Positions 10,378-19,127 of a stretch of DNA of 64,000 bases are shown here, one piece after another (position 1 is the stretch's first letter; every line of letters starts with the position of its first letter). The DNA lies in the NCBI GenBank assembly GCA_965208125.1, contig OZ242320.1, positions 1,312,001-1,376,000 of the forward strand, in the 5' to 3' direction. The DNA comes from Candidatus Latescibacterota bacterium (lineage in GTDB: Bacteria; Latescibacterota; UBA2968). A program made the translations under genes and the position numbers. The notes under the pieces were generated by a model. That model worked only from the letters and a program-made list of their open reading frames with translations. It made no database searches and was not told the DNA's origin.

Positions 10378-10556
10378 TTCGTACAGATGCTCGTGAGTTT
10401 ACGCACTCGGCTACTGTCCAGGCACTACGAACAGCCTTTCCCAACAAGGATCTGCGTGAAGAACCTCGTCCTTTAAAAAGAAAAACACAAACCGCTCTAT
10501 ACGGCGATACTTCGAAGAAGCCTGGGGAAGTAGATATTATTATGACTCCTAAATGA
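10353..10556 (+). pseudogene. Out-of-frame C-terminal part of the DNA methyltransferase
   Basis: MRDNAIVIVRTD... reads like the strand that follows motif IV/V in such MTases; it lies in the -1 frame and overlaps the end of the upstream ORF. Confidence 0.6.
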
Positions 10557-10588
10557 TTGGGAATTATGTAGGATAGTGCCGAAAAAAC

Positions 10589-10617
10589 TTGATATTATGC
10601 TATTACTTTTGTATAAT
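10589..10617 (+). promoter_or_regulatory. Sigma70-type promoter upstream of the NYN locus
   Basis: TTGATA (10589-10594), 17 bp spacer, TATAAT (10612-10617). Confidence 0.75.
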
Positions 10618-10623
10618 ATAAAT

Positions 10624-10697
10624 AATTAACCACCCCTGTTGCTTCGGGAGCAGGGCACGGAGCCGTATAGAGATTCTATACGGCTCCTGTATTTTTT
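10624..10697 (+). ncRNA. Candidate small structured RNA / terminated leader upstream of the NYN RNase gene
   Basis: Hairpin 10634-10655 with a cUUCGg tetraloop, then a perfect 12-bp stem GGAGCCGTATAG / CTATACGGCTCC (10659-10687) followed by TGTATTTTTT; sits between the promoter and the RBS. Confidence 0.5.
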
Positions 10698-10706
10698 GGA
10701 GATTTA

Positions 10707-11360
10707 ATGAAAACAAATGTCTATATTGATGGGCTTAATTTATATTATAGAGCCGTTCAGGGCACACCTTATAAGTGGCTGGATATAGTTAAATTAGTTC
10801 AAAAAAGGTACCCTCAAAACACTATTCGTAAAATTAAGTATTTCACTTCGATTGTACAATCGCGCTCTGATGACCCAGGAAAACCAGTGCGTCAACAGAT
10901 ATACTTGCGGGCTTTACGGACTTTTTCACAAATTGAAATTATTGAAGGAAAATTTCAGACCAACAAAGTTAGACTGCCATTGGCATCACCACCACATAAC
11001 ACTGTAGAAGTTTTGAGAACCGAAGAAAAAAGTTCAGATGTCAATCTGGCTGTTCATCTGTTAAACGATGCTTACAAAAAGGATTATGAAGTTGCTATTG
11101 TTGTGTCAAATGATTCTGATTTATCAGAAGCCTTACGAATTGTGACTCAAGACCTAAACCTGACAGTAGGTGTTGTATTTCCTACTGGTGCGATTGATCC
11201 ACATACAGGCACACGGCATATAGTTAGAAAATCGAGAGATCTTCAAAAATATGCCACATTTATAGGCGAAATTAGATTAGGAGGTCTCTCGCGCAGTCAA
11301 CTGCCTAATACATTGAAAGATGCAAAAGGCACTTTTCATAAACCACCAGAATGGCAGTAA
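10707..11360 (+). CDS. NYN domain (LabA/DUF88, PIN-like) ribonuclease
   Basis: VYIDGLNLYY, EEKSSDVNLA and VVSNDSDL acidic motifs of NYN/PIN nucleases; AT-rich relative to its flanks. Confidence 0.9.
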   Translation: MKTNVYIDGLNLYYRAVQGTPYKWLDIVKLVQKRYPQNTIRKIKYFTSIVQSRSDDPGKPVRQQIYLRALRTFSQIEIIEGKFQTNKVRLPLASPPHNTVEVLRTEEKSSDVNLAVHLLNDAYKKDYEVAIVVSNDSDLSEALRIVTQDLNLTVGVVFPTGAIDPHTGTRHIVRKSRDLQKYATFIGEIRLGGLSRSQLPNTLKDAKGTFHKPPEWQ

Positions 11361-11475
11361 AGCCTCTAACCTTCCGGCACTACGCTGTATAATCTCAAAA
11401 TGATTTAAGCAACGTTGAATTTAAAATTACGAGAAATAGTGTCATGAGATTACGTGCTTTCGAAAATTTGGATTG

Positions 11476-11506
11476 AGCCATAGCATACGGATGTTATGGC
11501 TTTTTG
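11476..11506 (+). terminator. Intrinsic terminator downstream of the NYN gene
   Basis: AGCCATAGCAT-acgg-ATGTTATGGCT stem followed by a T tract. Confidence 0.6.
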
Positions 11507-11592
11507 GTTTTTGAAACAGTTTGGATGCCTATCTCTTTCTTGTGAGCAAACGATTCGGAGTCAAACTATAAAGCGTTAAAAAGGAGTAAAAA

Positions 11593-12777
11593 ATGATTTT
11601 TCGCATATTGCTATCCGTCGCATTACTCTCTACGAGCAGTGCCATAGCCGACCCCTCCAAAATCGACTTTTGGGACACGCAGCGCAAAGGCGCCAATCAA
11701 CAAAATGCACAACACCGTCCCGAATGGTACGTTGCAGCGGGGGAATTGGGATTGGATTATGTACGCCTCTTACCCGATGCATGGCCCGCCGAGGACAGAG
11801 ACTTCCTGATAGGCAATGCGGACAACTTCGAAGCAATCAACGAAACCGATCTATCCCTATTGATCAAAGCACTCGACGAAGCCGAACGCAACGGGATCAA
11901 AGTCGTCCTTACAATGGTCAGCTTACCCGGCGCACGCTGGAAACAATTGAACAATGACCGGGACGATGCGCGACTCTGGAAAGACAAAAAATATCATCTC
12001 CAAGCCTTTGAGTTCTGGCGCCAACTCGCCGCACGCCTGAAAACACACCCCGCCATTGTCGCCTACAATCCCCTCAACGAACCACACCCGGACAAGGCAT
12101 TCGGCTTTGATGCGCCGGACGAAAAATTCGCCCAGTGGTTCAAACGCATCCAGAACACGCCAGCCGACCTCAATCAATTCAACCGGGAAATGGTCAAAGC
12201 AATCCGCTCCGTCGATAAGGACACCCCCATCATCCTCGACGGCTGGTTCTATGCATCTCCCCAGGCATTCGATTATAATCGACCCGTTGACGATGACAAG
12301 GTCTTATACGCCTTTCACAACCCCGGTCCCTGGCAAATGGTAACCTATCGCGTCAATCAAGGCAGATACGCCTATCCAGACCGCGTGCCCAAATCGTGGA
12401 ACGGACCAACGGAATCCTGGACCATTGATCGCCTTGCGCGGGAAATGCACGCAGTTCAACAATTTTCCGAACAATACAACATACCCCCACATCGAATCAT
12501 CGCCTCGGAATTCTGGTACGACCGTCGCCTTGAAGGCGCGGCAGCATATATGGCCGACCTCATCGAAATCTATAACCAGCGCAACTGGCACTGGGCTTTT
12601 TACGCATATCGCGGCACTGGCACATGGGCCGGACTCGATTACGAAATCGCGCCAGGACAAAAAATGGGATGGCGTTACTGGCAGGCTGTTGAACAGGGCA
12701 AAGACCCCGAACCTCTCAAACCGAGGGGGCCAAACCCATTGTGGGAAGTACTGCAGCGGCAGTTTGAAAAAAAATGA
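11593..12777 (+). CDS. Secreted glycoside hydrolase family 5 (cellulase family)
   Basis: Sec signal peptide, YNPLNEP acid/base motif, YAFH, ASEF nucleophile region, WHWAFY. Confidence 0.85.
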   Translation: MIFRILLSVALLSTSSAIADPSKIDFWDTQRKGANQQNAQHRPEWYVAAGELGLDYVRLLPDAWPAEDRDFLIGNADNFEAINETDLSLLIKALDEAERNGIKVVLTMVSLPGARWKQLNNDRDDARLWKDKKYHLQAFEFWRQLAARLKTHPAIVAYNPLNEPHPDKAFGFDAPDEKFAQWFKRIQNTPADLNQFNREMVKAIRSVDKDTPIILDGWFYASPQAFDYNRPVDDDKVLYAFHNPGPWQMVTYRVNQGRYAYPDRVPKSWNGPTESWTIDRLAREMHAVQQFSEQYNIPPHRIIASEFWYDRRLEGAAAYMADLIEIYNQRNWHWAFYAYRGTGTWAGLDYEIAPGQKMGWRYWQAVEQGKDPEPLKPRGPNPLWEVLQRQFEKK

Positions 12778-12797
12778 ATCGGTTATCCTGTCTTACT

Positions 12798-13148
12798 CTA
12801 TCGTGTGATATACTTGGGACGATTGACGGCTTCTGCGACCTGAATATGTGCGCTATGCCCAATTTTTGGCCGAACGACAATATCGATGTCCCGGTCTAAT
12901 GCCCGCAAGAAAGACAACAGACGCTCGATAGAAAATCCGGCCAATCGTCCATTTTTGAGAGCCGATACTTTGGGTTGGTCAATGCCGAGAACACCTGCGG
13001 CTTTTTTTTGCGTCCAACCTTTTTGTCCAATGATTTTATTAATTTGAATTGCTAAATCTGATTTTGCCAATTCTTCTTCTGGACGGTCAAATTCCAGGTC
13101 CTTGAATACGTTGCCCGACCCGACTGTGTAGTCTGCTTTTTCGCTCAT
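12798..13148 (-). CDS. XRE-family HTH antitoxin (HigA-like)
   Basis: GSGNVFKDL N-terminus and WTQKKAAGVLGIDQPKVS HTH; overlaps the stop of the upstream toxin gene. Confidence 0.85.
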   Translation of the reverse strand: MSEKADYTVGSGNVFKDLEFDRPEEELAKSDLAIQINKIIGQKGWTQKKAAGVLGIDQPKVSALKNGRLAGFSIERLLSFLRALDRDIDIVVRPKIGHSAHIQVAEAVNRPKYITR

Positions 13149-13504
13149 GTTTTATTTTCCTTTGCAATTTGTTCTGCCATTTTCAAACGTCTTTTTATCG
13201 TATCCAGATCGCGTTTTGTTGTTGCAATACCGCGTTTTGATTTTTTTTGAAAGACATGCAAGACATAGATGTTGTCGTCAATTTTTATTGCATAAACTGC
13301 TCGATAAGTGTTTGTTGCATAATCGCTGACAATTTCAATGACGCCAGAAAAGCCCTTTAACGTCTTTGCTTTATGAGATCTTTCTCCAACTTCCTCCATG
13401 TGAAGCGCGTGTCCAATTTCTCGTCTCACTGCACCTGGAAGTTTCCGCAGGTCTCTTAGCGATGAACCGATCCAGATAATGGATCTTTGGAGTTTTGCAT
13501 CCAT
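13145..13504 (-). CDS. RelE/ParE-superfamily toxin (HigB/Gp49-like)
   Basis: IIWIGSSLRDL ... YRAVY ... YVLHVFQKKS motif pattern; toxin-first order with an HTH antitoxin; start taken at MDAKLQ. Confidence 0.85.
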   Translation of the reverse strand: MDAKLQRSIIWIGSSLRDLRKLPGAVRREIGHALHMEEVGERSHKAKTLKGFSGVIEIVSDYATNTYRAVYAIKIDDNIYVLHVFQKKSKRGIATTKRDLDTIKRRLKMAEQIAKENKT

Positions 13505-13511
13505 AATAGAT

Positions 13512-13533
13512 AATATGCTAAATTTAGCATATT
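13512..13533. promoter_or_regulatory. Perfect 22-bp palindrome, probable TA autorepression operator
   Basis: AATATGCTAAA|TTTAGCATATT, 7 bp upstream of the toxin ATG, lying between a minus-strand TTGCAA and a CATATT/TATTAT -10-like element. Confidence 0.65.
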
Positions 13534-13620
13534 TTTGCAAGTGGACTTGACCTGTTTTGGTGGTTACCTTATTAGTATTCTTAATTTTCAATTTCTAATT
13601 AGCATTCTCAGGAGGCATTA

Positions 13621-14400
13621 ATGTCATTGTTTTCACTTGAAGGTCGCGTCGCCATAGTAACTGGAGCGGGGCGTGGTATTGGACGCGGTATTGCAGAGGG
13701 ATTGGCTGCACAGGGCGCGAAAATTGTATGTGCTGCACGCACGCGGTCTCAACTTGACGAAGTCGTAGCCGCAATTCGAAATGCAGGAGGCGACGCGCTC
13801 GCTTATGAAATGGACATGAAAGACCTGGATTCCGTGCGCGGAGGCGTCGATACAGCACTTGAAACCTACGGACAAATCGATATCCTCGTCAACAACGCGG
13901 GCATGAACATACGCGAGCCATTTGAAGACGTAACAGAAGAACACTACGACGAAATCATGGCCGTCAACTTGAAGGGCCTCTACTTCTTAACACAGACCGC
14001 AGTCAAACACATGATCTCGCGCAAACAGGGCAAAATCATCCACATCGGCTCATTGACAACCGACTGGTCCTTATCGCAAATTTCGGTCTATACCGCCACC
14101 AAAGGCGCAGTTGGGCAACTCGCCAAAGCCCAAGCATTAGAACTGGGCAAGCACAACATCCAGGTAAACACAATATGCCCGGGCTTTGTGGTCACGCCAT
14201 TGACCGAGCGGCTCTGGGAAAATGATACAATGCGCGAATGGGGAGTATCCCGTCTGCCCATAAAGCGATTGGCAACACCCGAAGACCTCGTCGGCACAGC
14301 CGTATTCCTCGCCGCGCCCGCATCGGACTACGTCACCGGACAATCCATCTACGTAGATGGCGGCTTCATGGCCGGCGAAGCCTGGCCCTTGCCGGAGTAA
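13621..14400 (+). CDS. Short-chain dehydrogenase/reductase (gluconate 5-dehydrogenase/KduD-like)
   Basis: TGAGRGIG, NNAG and YTATK motifs. Confidence 0.9.
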   Translation: MSLFSLEGRVAIVTGAGRGIGRGIAEGLAAQGAKIVCAARTRSQLDEVVAAIRNAGGDALAYEMDMKDLDSVRGGVDTALETYGQIDILVNNAGMNIREPFEDVTEEHYDEIMAVNLKGLYFLTQTAVKHMISRKQGKIIHIGSLTTDWSLSQISVYTATKGAVGQLAKAQALELGKHNIQVNTICPGFVVTPLTERLWENDTMREWGVSRLPIKRLATPEDLVGTAVFLAAPASDYVTGQSIYVDGGFMAGEAWPLPE

Positions 14401-14412
14401 AGGAAGAAAACA

Positions 14413-15411
14413 ATGGCACAATATGGCATTCAACAAGAAAACTTTCACGGACACACACTCTGCGTACTGCGCGATTTTGAAGCCAGCCAGGAAGCGAGGA
14501 TCCTACCCTCGGTAGGCAACAACTGCATCTCGTACAAAATCCCAAAAGGCGATGCGCTATTAGAACTCATTTACTCCCCACCCGATCCCGACACCCTGAA
14601 AGGCCGCGCCAGCGGATACGGCACCCCCATCTTATACCCCTGGCCCAACCGCATAGACAGCGGCAAATTCACATTTGACGGCGCAGAATACCAGCTCCAA
14701 ACCCCTGCCCCGGGCGAACACGCCTCCCACGGCTACGTCCACGAACGCCCCTGGCGCGTAGTCGAATCCGGCACATCGGAAGGCGCGTGGGTAACCAGCG
14801 TCTTCACATCAACGGACTTTCCCGAAATCGGCGCACACTTTCCCTTCCCCTTTGAAGCGCGGGTAACATATCGGCTGAAAGACGGCGTACTATCCCTCGA
14901 ATTTGAAAGCACCAACATCGGCGATAGCGACATGCCCGTCGGCCTCGGCATCCACCCCTATTTCCCCCTACCGCTCACTGAAAATGGCAACCGGGATACA
15001 TGCACCGTGCGCATGCCCGCATCGACCTACTGGCCCTTGCGCGACGACCCGATACCCACAGGAGAAATACTACCCGTTGACAGCACCATATTTGACGTAC
15101 GCGAAAACACGCCATTGAAAGATCGGTATTACGACAACGTCTGGTCCGGCGTATCTATAGCCGATGGATGGAGCAGATGTGAGTACACCGACCCAACCGA
15201 AGGCGTAACCATCGCAATGGAAGCCAATGACGCATTCCGCGAACTCGTACTCTACGCCCCCGACACCCGTCCCATTATCTGCTTTGAACCCTACACCTGT
15301 GTCACCAACGCCTTCAATCTGCAAAACCAGAGCATCGACGCGGGCCTGATACGCCTACAACCCGGTGAAAAGCTAACTGGAATAATGCGGATTGTAGGTG
15401 AAATATTGTAG
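14413..15411 (+). CDS. Aldose 1-epimerase family protein
   Basis: PILYPWPNRI, HGYV, GIHPYF and ICFEP motifs. Confidence 0.88.
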   Translation: MAQYGIQQENFHGHTLCVLRDFEASQEARILPSVGNNCISYKIPKGDALLELIYSPPDPDTLKGRASGYGTPILYPWPNRIDSGKFTFDGAEYQLQTPAPGEHASHGYVHERPWRVVESGTSEGAWVTSVFTSTDFPEIGAHFPFPFEARVTYRLKDGVLSLEFESTNIGDSDMPVGLGIHPYFPLPLTENGNRDTCTVRMPASTYWPLRDDPIPTGEILPVDSTIFDVRENTPLKDRYYDNVWSGVSIADGWSRCEYTDPTEGVTIAMEANDAFRELVLYAPDTRPIICFEPYTCVTNAFNLQNQSIDAGLIRLQPGEKLTGIMRIVGEIL

Positions 15412-15466
15412 GGGCGACCCCCTGTGGTCGCCCGCTGACTGGGACGGCACAGGGGCCGTCCCCTAC
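15408..15466. repeat. GTAG-type REP doublet
   Basis: GTAGGGGCGACCCCCTGTGGTCGCCC plus an inverted GTAGGGGACGGCCCCTGTGCCGTCCC; supplies the TAG stop of the epimerase gene. Confidence 0.85.
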
Positions 15467-15490
15467 CGCTGATCGCTGAAAGCTTTTACC

Positions 15491-16084
15491 ATGACCGACC
15501 GATTACAACAACAAATTGCATTTCTCCTCGAAATCGATAAACTCAAACAAATCGTTCGGCAAACCTATTTGCTCGACGAAACGCGAAAAGAAAACGACGC
15601 CGAACACTCGTGGCATTTTGCCATGTTTGCACTCATCCTCGTGGAATACGCGCCCGAGCCAGTGGATATCCTGAAAGTAATCAAAATGGCACTGGTACAC
15701 GACCTCGTGGAAATCGACGCGGGCGACACTTTTCTCTACGACGAATCCGGCAATGCCGACAAAGCCGAACGCGAAGCAAAAGCTGCCGAACGCATCTTTG
15801 CACTCTTGCCTGCAGAACAGGGCGCAGAAATACGCGCATTGTGGGAAGAATTTGAAGCAAAAGAAACGCCCGAAGCAAAATTCGCAGGCGCGCTGGATCG
15901 ATTCCAACCCTTTCTACACAATTGCAATACTCAAGGACGCGCCTGGCAAGAGCACGGAATCACAGCCGACCGCGTCTTACAAAGCAACAGCCACATCTCA
16001 ATCGGCGCGCCCATTCTATGGAACCGCGTACAAGAATTGGTTGATGAAATGGTCGCTAAGGGATATATTGAGCCTGGAAAATAA
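15491..16084 (+). CDS. HD-domain phosphohydrolase (YfbR/HDDC2-like)
   Basis: ENDAEHSWH, LVHDLVEIDAGD and ALDRFQP motifs. Confidence 0.88.
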   Translation: MTDRLQQQIAFLLEIDKLKQIVRQTYLLDETRKENDAEHSWHFAMFALILVEYAPEPVDILKVIKMALVHDLVEIDAGDTFLYDESGNADKAEREAKAAERIFALLPAEQGAEIRALWEEFEAKETPEAKFAGALDRFQPFLHNCNTQGRAWQEHGITADRVLQSNSHISIGAPILWNRVQELVDEMVAKGYIEPGK

Positions 16085-16109
16085 TGACCAAAAAACTGGA
16101 GGACCGAAC

Positions 16110-17966
16110 ATGAGTCAGACACTCAAGGACTTATTGAATGATAGTTTTGAACAGCATGCGGATCGCACGGCGGTACGCGTATTGCGTCAACCAGAGGAAC
16201 CCGGCGAAAGGCGATTGCAATATGTGCCGTTGACATATCGGCAATTGAAGGCACAGCGAGACCGATTGGCATCGAGCCTGGCGCAAATAGGATTGGAAAA
16301 AGGGCAGCGTATCGGGCTACTGACCGATGGCGGTCTGGAATCTGTACTCGTCTTCCTATCCTGCGACATACTGGGATTATCAGCAGTGCCCATCTGCAAC
16401 AAATTGCCCGATGATCTGCTGGTACACAGCATCAACCACTCGGGCATTGCCTATTTGTTCACAGATACAAAAAGCCTGGAACAGGTCGAACGCGTGCGCG
16501 ATCAACTGAACAATCCGCCTCAGATCGTCCTGACAGAAGGACAGGGCGATAACGCACGCTCATTTTTTGACTTAATCCAAAAAGGCGCAGAATCACCGCC
16601 GCCAGACATAGCAATAGAACCCGACGACGAATCGAAAATCGTGTACACATCGGGATCATCGGGATTGCCCAAAGGCGTGGTTCAAACCCATGGCAATCTC
16701 GTCGGCAACCTCCTGTCCGTATGGGATACGATCAGCAACCGCGACCCCCTCATCTTATTCAAATCCGCGCCCGATTATCACACCATGGGCATATTAAATA
16801 TCTATTACCCCCTGGCAAAAGGCTGGACACTGGACCTGGCGCGGTCGCCGGATCGCGTACTCGTAGATATCCGATATTCTGAACCCCACGGCTTTTTGAC
16901 AGTCCCCCTGATCTTAGACAAAGTATTTGGCAATGTGCGAAAAGAAATTGATGCCGGTGGAGCAAAGGGCGCATTAGTCGCCCGGTCAGTAAGCGCCAAA
17001 CAGCGCGTTGCGCGCGGTGAAGCATCGGTCATTGACCACCTCGTCAATGCCACACTGGGCAAAAAGGTCGTCGGACAAATCAAAGAAAAACTCTCGCAGC
17101 GCGTGGGCAGTCACCTCGAATTGTTAATCGTCGGCTCGGCAAAAGCCGACCCCGAAGCCCTCGACTTTTTCCAGGACGTACTGGACATCACCTCGCTCGA
17201 AGGCTATGGCGTCACCGAATGCAGTCCGCTAATCGCGGCAAATGTTCTGAACGGACAAAAAACTGGCACCGTTGGAAAACCATTACAAGAAGTAAAAATC
17301 ATCGCCGAAACAGGCGAGGAAATCGCCCACGGTGACCCAAAAACAGGAACCTATAGCGGCAGCGGCGATGGCATTGGCGAATTGTGGGTACACGGCAATC
17401 ACGTCATGACGGGATATCTCAACGACCCCGAACGCACCGCCGAAGTACTCGTAACCGATGAAGCGGGCAAAGTGTGGTATCGCACAGGTGATTTGTTCAG
17501 CATGGACGACGAGGGATTTTTGACATTCCAGGGACGCTTTGGACGACAATTTAAATTGAGCAACGGCGAATTTGTCAATCCAGAACGCCTCGAACGCATA
17601 TTCGCCCGCGTATCGCTCATAGAACACGTCTTAATCTGCGGCGATCAGACCCGCACATTCCCCCTGCCCGTCGTCACCGTAAATGTAGAAGAAGCGCAAT
17701 TGCAAACAGATATTCCCGATCTCCCTACAAACGACGAGGAAGCACTGTGCAGCCATCCCGCAATAGCCGAACGCATTCGCGAACAATTGTTAAAAGAAGC
17801 CACGGCATCTGGCCTTCCCGCGCACGAGCGCCCGCAAAAAGTACTGATCTTGCCGGACCAGTTGAGCGAAGAAACGGGAACCCTCACGCGGGGATTAAAA
17901 AAGGTCGTACCCGGGAGAATTGAAGAAATTTACGCAAACGAAATCGCCGCAGCGTATGATGGATAA
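16110..17966 (+). CDS. AMP-binding enzyme, long-chain acyl-CoA synthetase-like
   Basis: YTSGSSGLPKG, EGYGVTE and YRTGD motifs; RBS GGAGG before the ATG at 16110 (the track's 15753 start overlaps the HD gene). Confidence 0.88.
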   Translation: MSQTLKDLLNDSFEQHADRTAVRVLRQPEEPGERRLQYVPLTYRQLKAQRDRLASSLAQIGLEKGQRIGLLTDGGLESVLVFLSCDILGLSAVPICNKLPDDLLVHSINHSGIAYLFTDTKSLEQVERVRDQLNNPPQIVLTEGQGDNARSFFDLIQKGAESPPPDIAIEPDDESKIVYTSGSSGLPKGVVQTHGNLVGNLLSVWDTISNRDPLILFKSAPDYHTMGILNIYYPLAKGWTLDLARSPDRVLVDIRYSEPHGFLTVPLILDKVFGNVRKEIDAGGAKGALVARSVSAKQRVARGEASVIDHLVNATLGKKVVGQIKEKLSQRVGSHLELLIVGSAKADPEALDFFQDVLDITSLEGYGVTECSPLIAANVLNGQKTGTVGKPLQEVKIIAETGEEIAHGDPKTGTYSGSGDGIGELWVHGNHVMTGYLNDPERTAEVLVTDEAGKVWYRTGDLFSMDDEGFLTFQGRFGRQFKLSNGEFVNPERLERIFARVSLIEHVLICGDQTRTFPLPVVTVNVEEAQLQTDIPDLPTNDEEALCSHPAIAERIREQLLKEATASGLPAHERPQKVLILPDQLSEETGTLTRGLKKVVPGRIEEIYANEIAAAYDG

Positions 17967-17971
17967 ACCCC

Positions 17972-19003
17972 ATGCCAATTTTAAACCCCGATAAACTGCG
18001 GCGCATCGGCCGCGAAGTCTTCGAACGCATAGGCGCAACGCCCGAAGAAGCCCAAATTGTGGCTGATCTGCTCGTATCGTCCAATCTCGCGGGACACGAC
18101 TCGCACGGCGTAGTCCGCATTCCGCAATACGTATCCGGCGTTCAGAGCGGTCAAATACAACTCGGAACAACCGTGGAAATCGAGCGGGAAACCGATGCAA
18201 CAGCCGTCGTAAACGGACACTGGGGATTTGGGCACGTAACCGCAACAGAAGCCATGCACATCGCCATCCAAAAAGCCCGAAAAAGTGCCGTTGGCATCGC
18301 AACAGTACACCAGTGCAATCACATCGGACGATTGGGTGGATATCCCGTCCTCGCCGCGGCTGAAAACATGGCCGGACTAATGAGCAACAACGGTCACGGC
18401 GCCGACCTCTCCATGGCACCCTGGGGAGGACTGGGACGCATCCTGCCCGCGAATTGCCTCGCCGTTGCATTTCCCTCAGACCGAGACTTTCCCATTGCAC
18501 TGGACTTAACCGCCGCAACCGCGGCAGGTGGCAAAATGAGGGTCGCTCTTGCCCGGGGCGAACGCGTACCCGAAAATTGGCTAATCGACGCCGAAGGCAA
18601 CCCCACGACAGATCCCGCCGACTACGTACACGGCAATGCCGCACTAACCCCCTTTGGCGACCACAAAGGATATGGCCTATCATTCATCTTCGACATCTTA
18701 TCCGGCGCCCTATCGCCTGCCGGTTGCACCCGCAAAAACTCACCCGTAACGGGCAACGCCCTATTTGTACAGGCCATTCGCATCGATGCGTTCCAGCCCA
18801 TCGCCGATTTTAAAGCCGAAGTCGGACGATTCATCGACTACGTAAAATCGGCAAAAACCGCACCGGGATTTGACGAAATACTCGTACCCGGCGAACGCTC
18901 CTATCGCACGGGTTGTGAACGCGAGGCAAATGGGATTCCCTTAGAAGAAATGACCTGGGAACAAATTTGCGAAACCGCAAAAAAATTTGATGTGGAAATT
19001 TAA
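17972..19003 (+). CDS. Ldh_2 family oxidoreductase (malate/L-lactate/L-sulfolactate dehydrogenase type)
   Basis: GHDSHGV, NHIGRLG, HKGYGL and PGE motifs. Confidence 0.9.
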   Translation: MPILNPDKLRRIGREVFERIGATPEEAQIVADLLVSSNLAGHDSHGVVRIPQYVSGVQSGQIQLGTTVEIERETDATAVVNGHWGFGHVTATEAMHIAIQKARKSAVGIATVHQCNHIGRLGGYPVLAAAENMAGLMSNNGHGADLSMAPWGGLGRILPANCLAVAFPSDRDFPIALDLTAATAAGGKMRVALARGERVPENWLIDAEGNPTTDPADYVHGNAALTPFGDHKGYGLSFIFDILSGALSPAGCTRKNSPVTGNALFVQAIRIDAFQPIADFKAEVGRFIDYVKSAKTAPGFDEILVPGERSYRTGCEREANGIPLEEMTWEQICETAKKFDVEI

Positions 19004-19127
19004 GAATGCTTCAAATATCTACTTGCAGTAAATGTATTCCCCTTCTTCTGGCTCTCTACCTCCAAATGGTTTCATCACCGCACGGGTCGCACGCGTCTCT
19101 CTCTCCTCAACCACAGGCTTTGGCACG

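Noticed and set aside
15753-16109. N-terminal extension of the acyl-CoA synthetase in the ORF track
   Set aside because: Overlaps the HD-domain gene in another frame; a strong RBS precedes the ATG at 16110.
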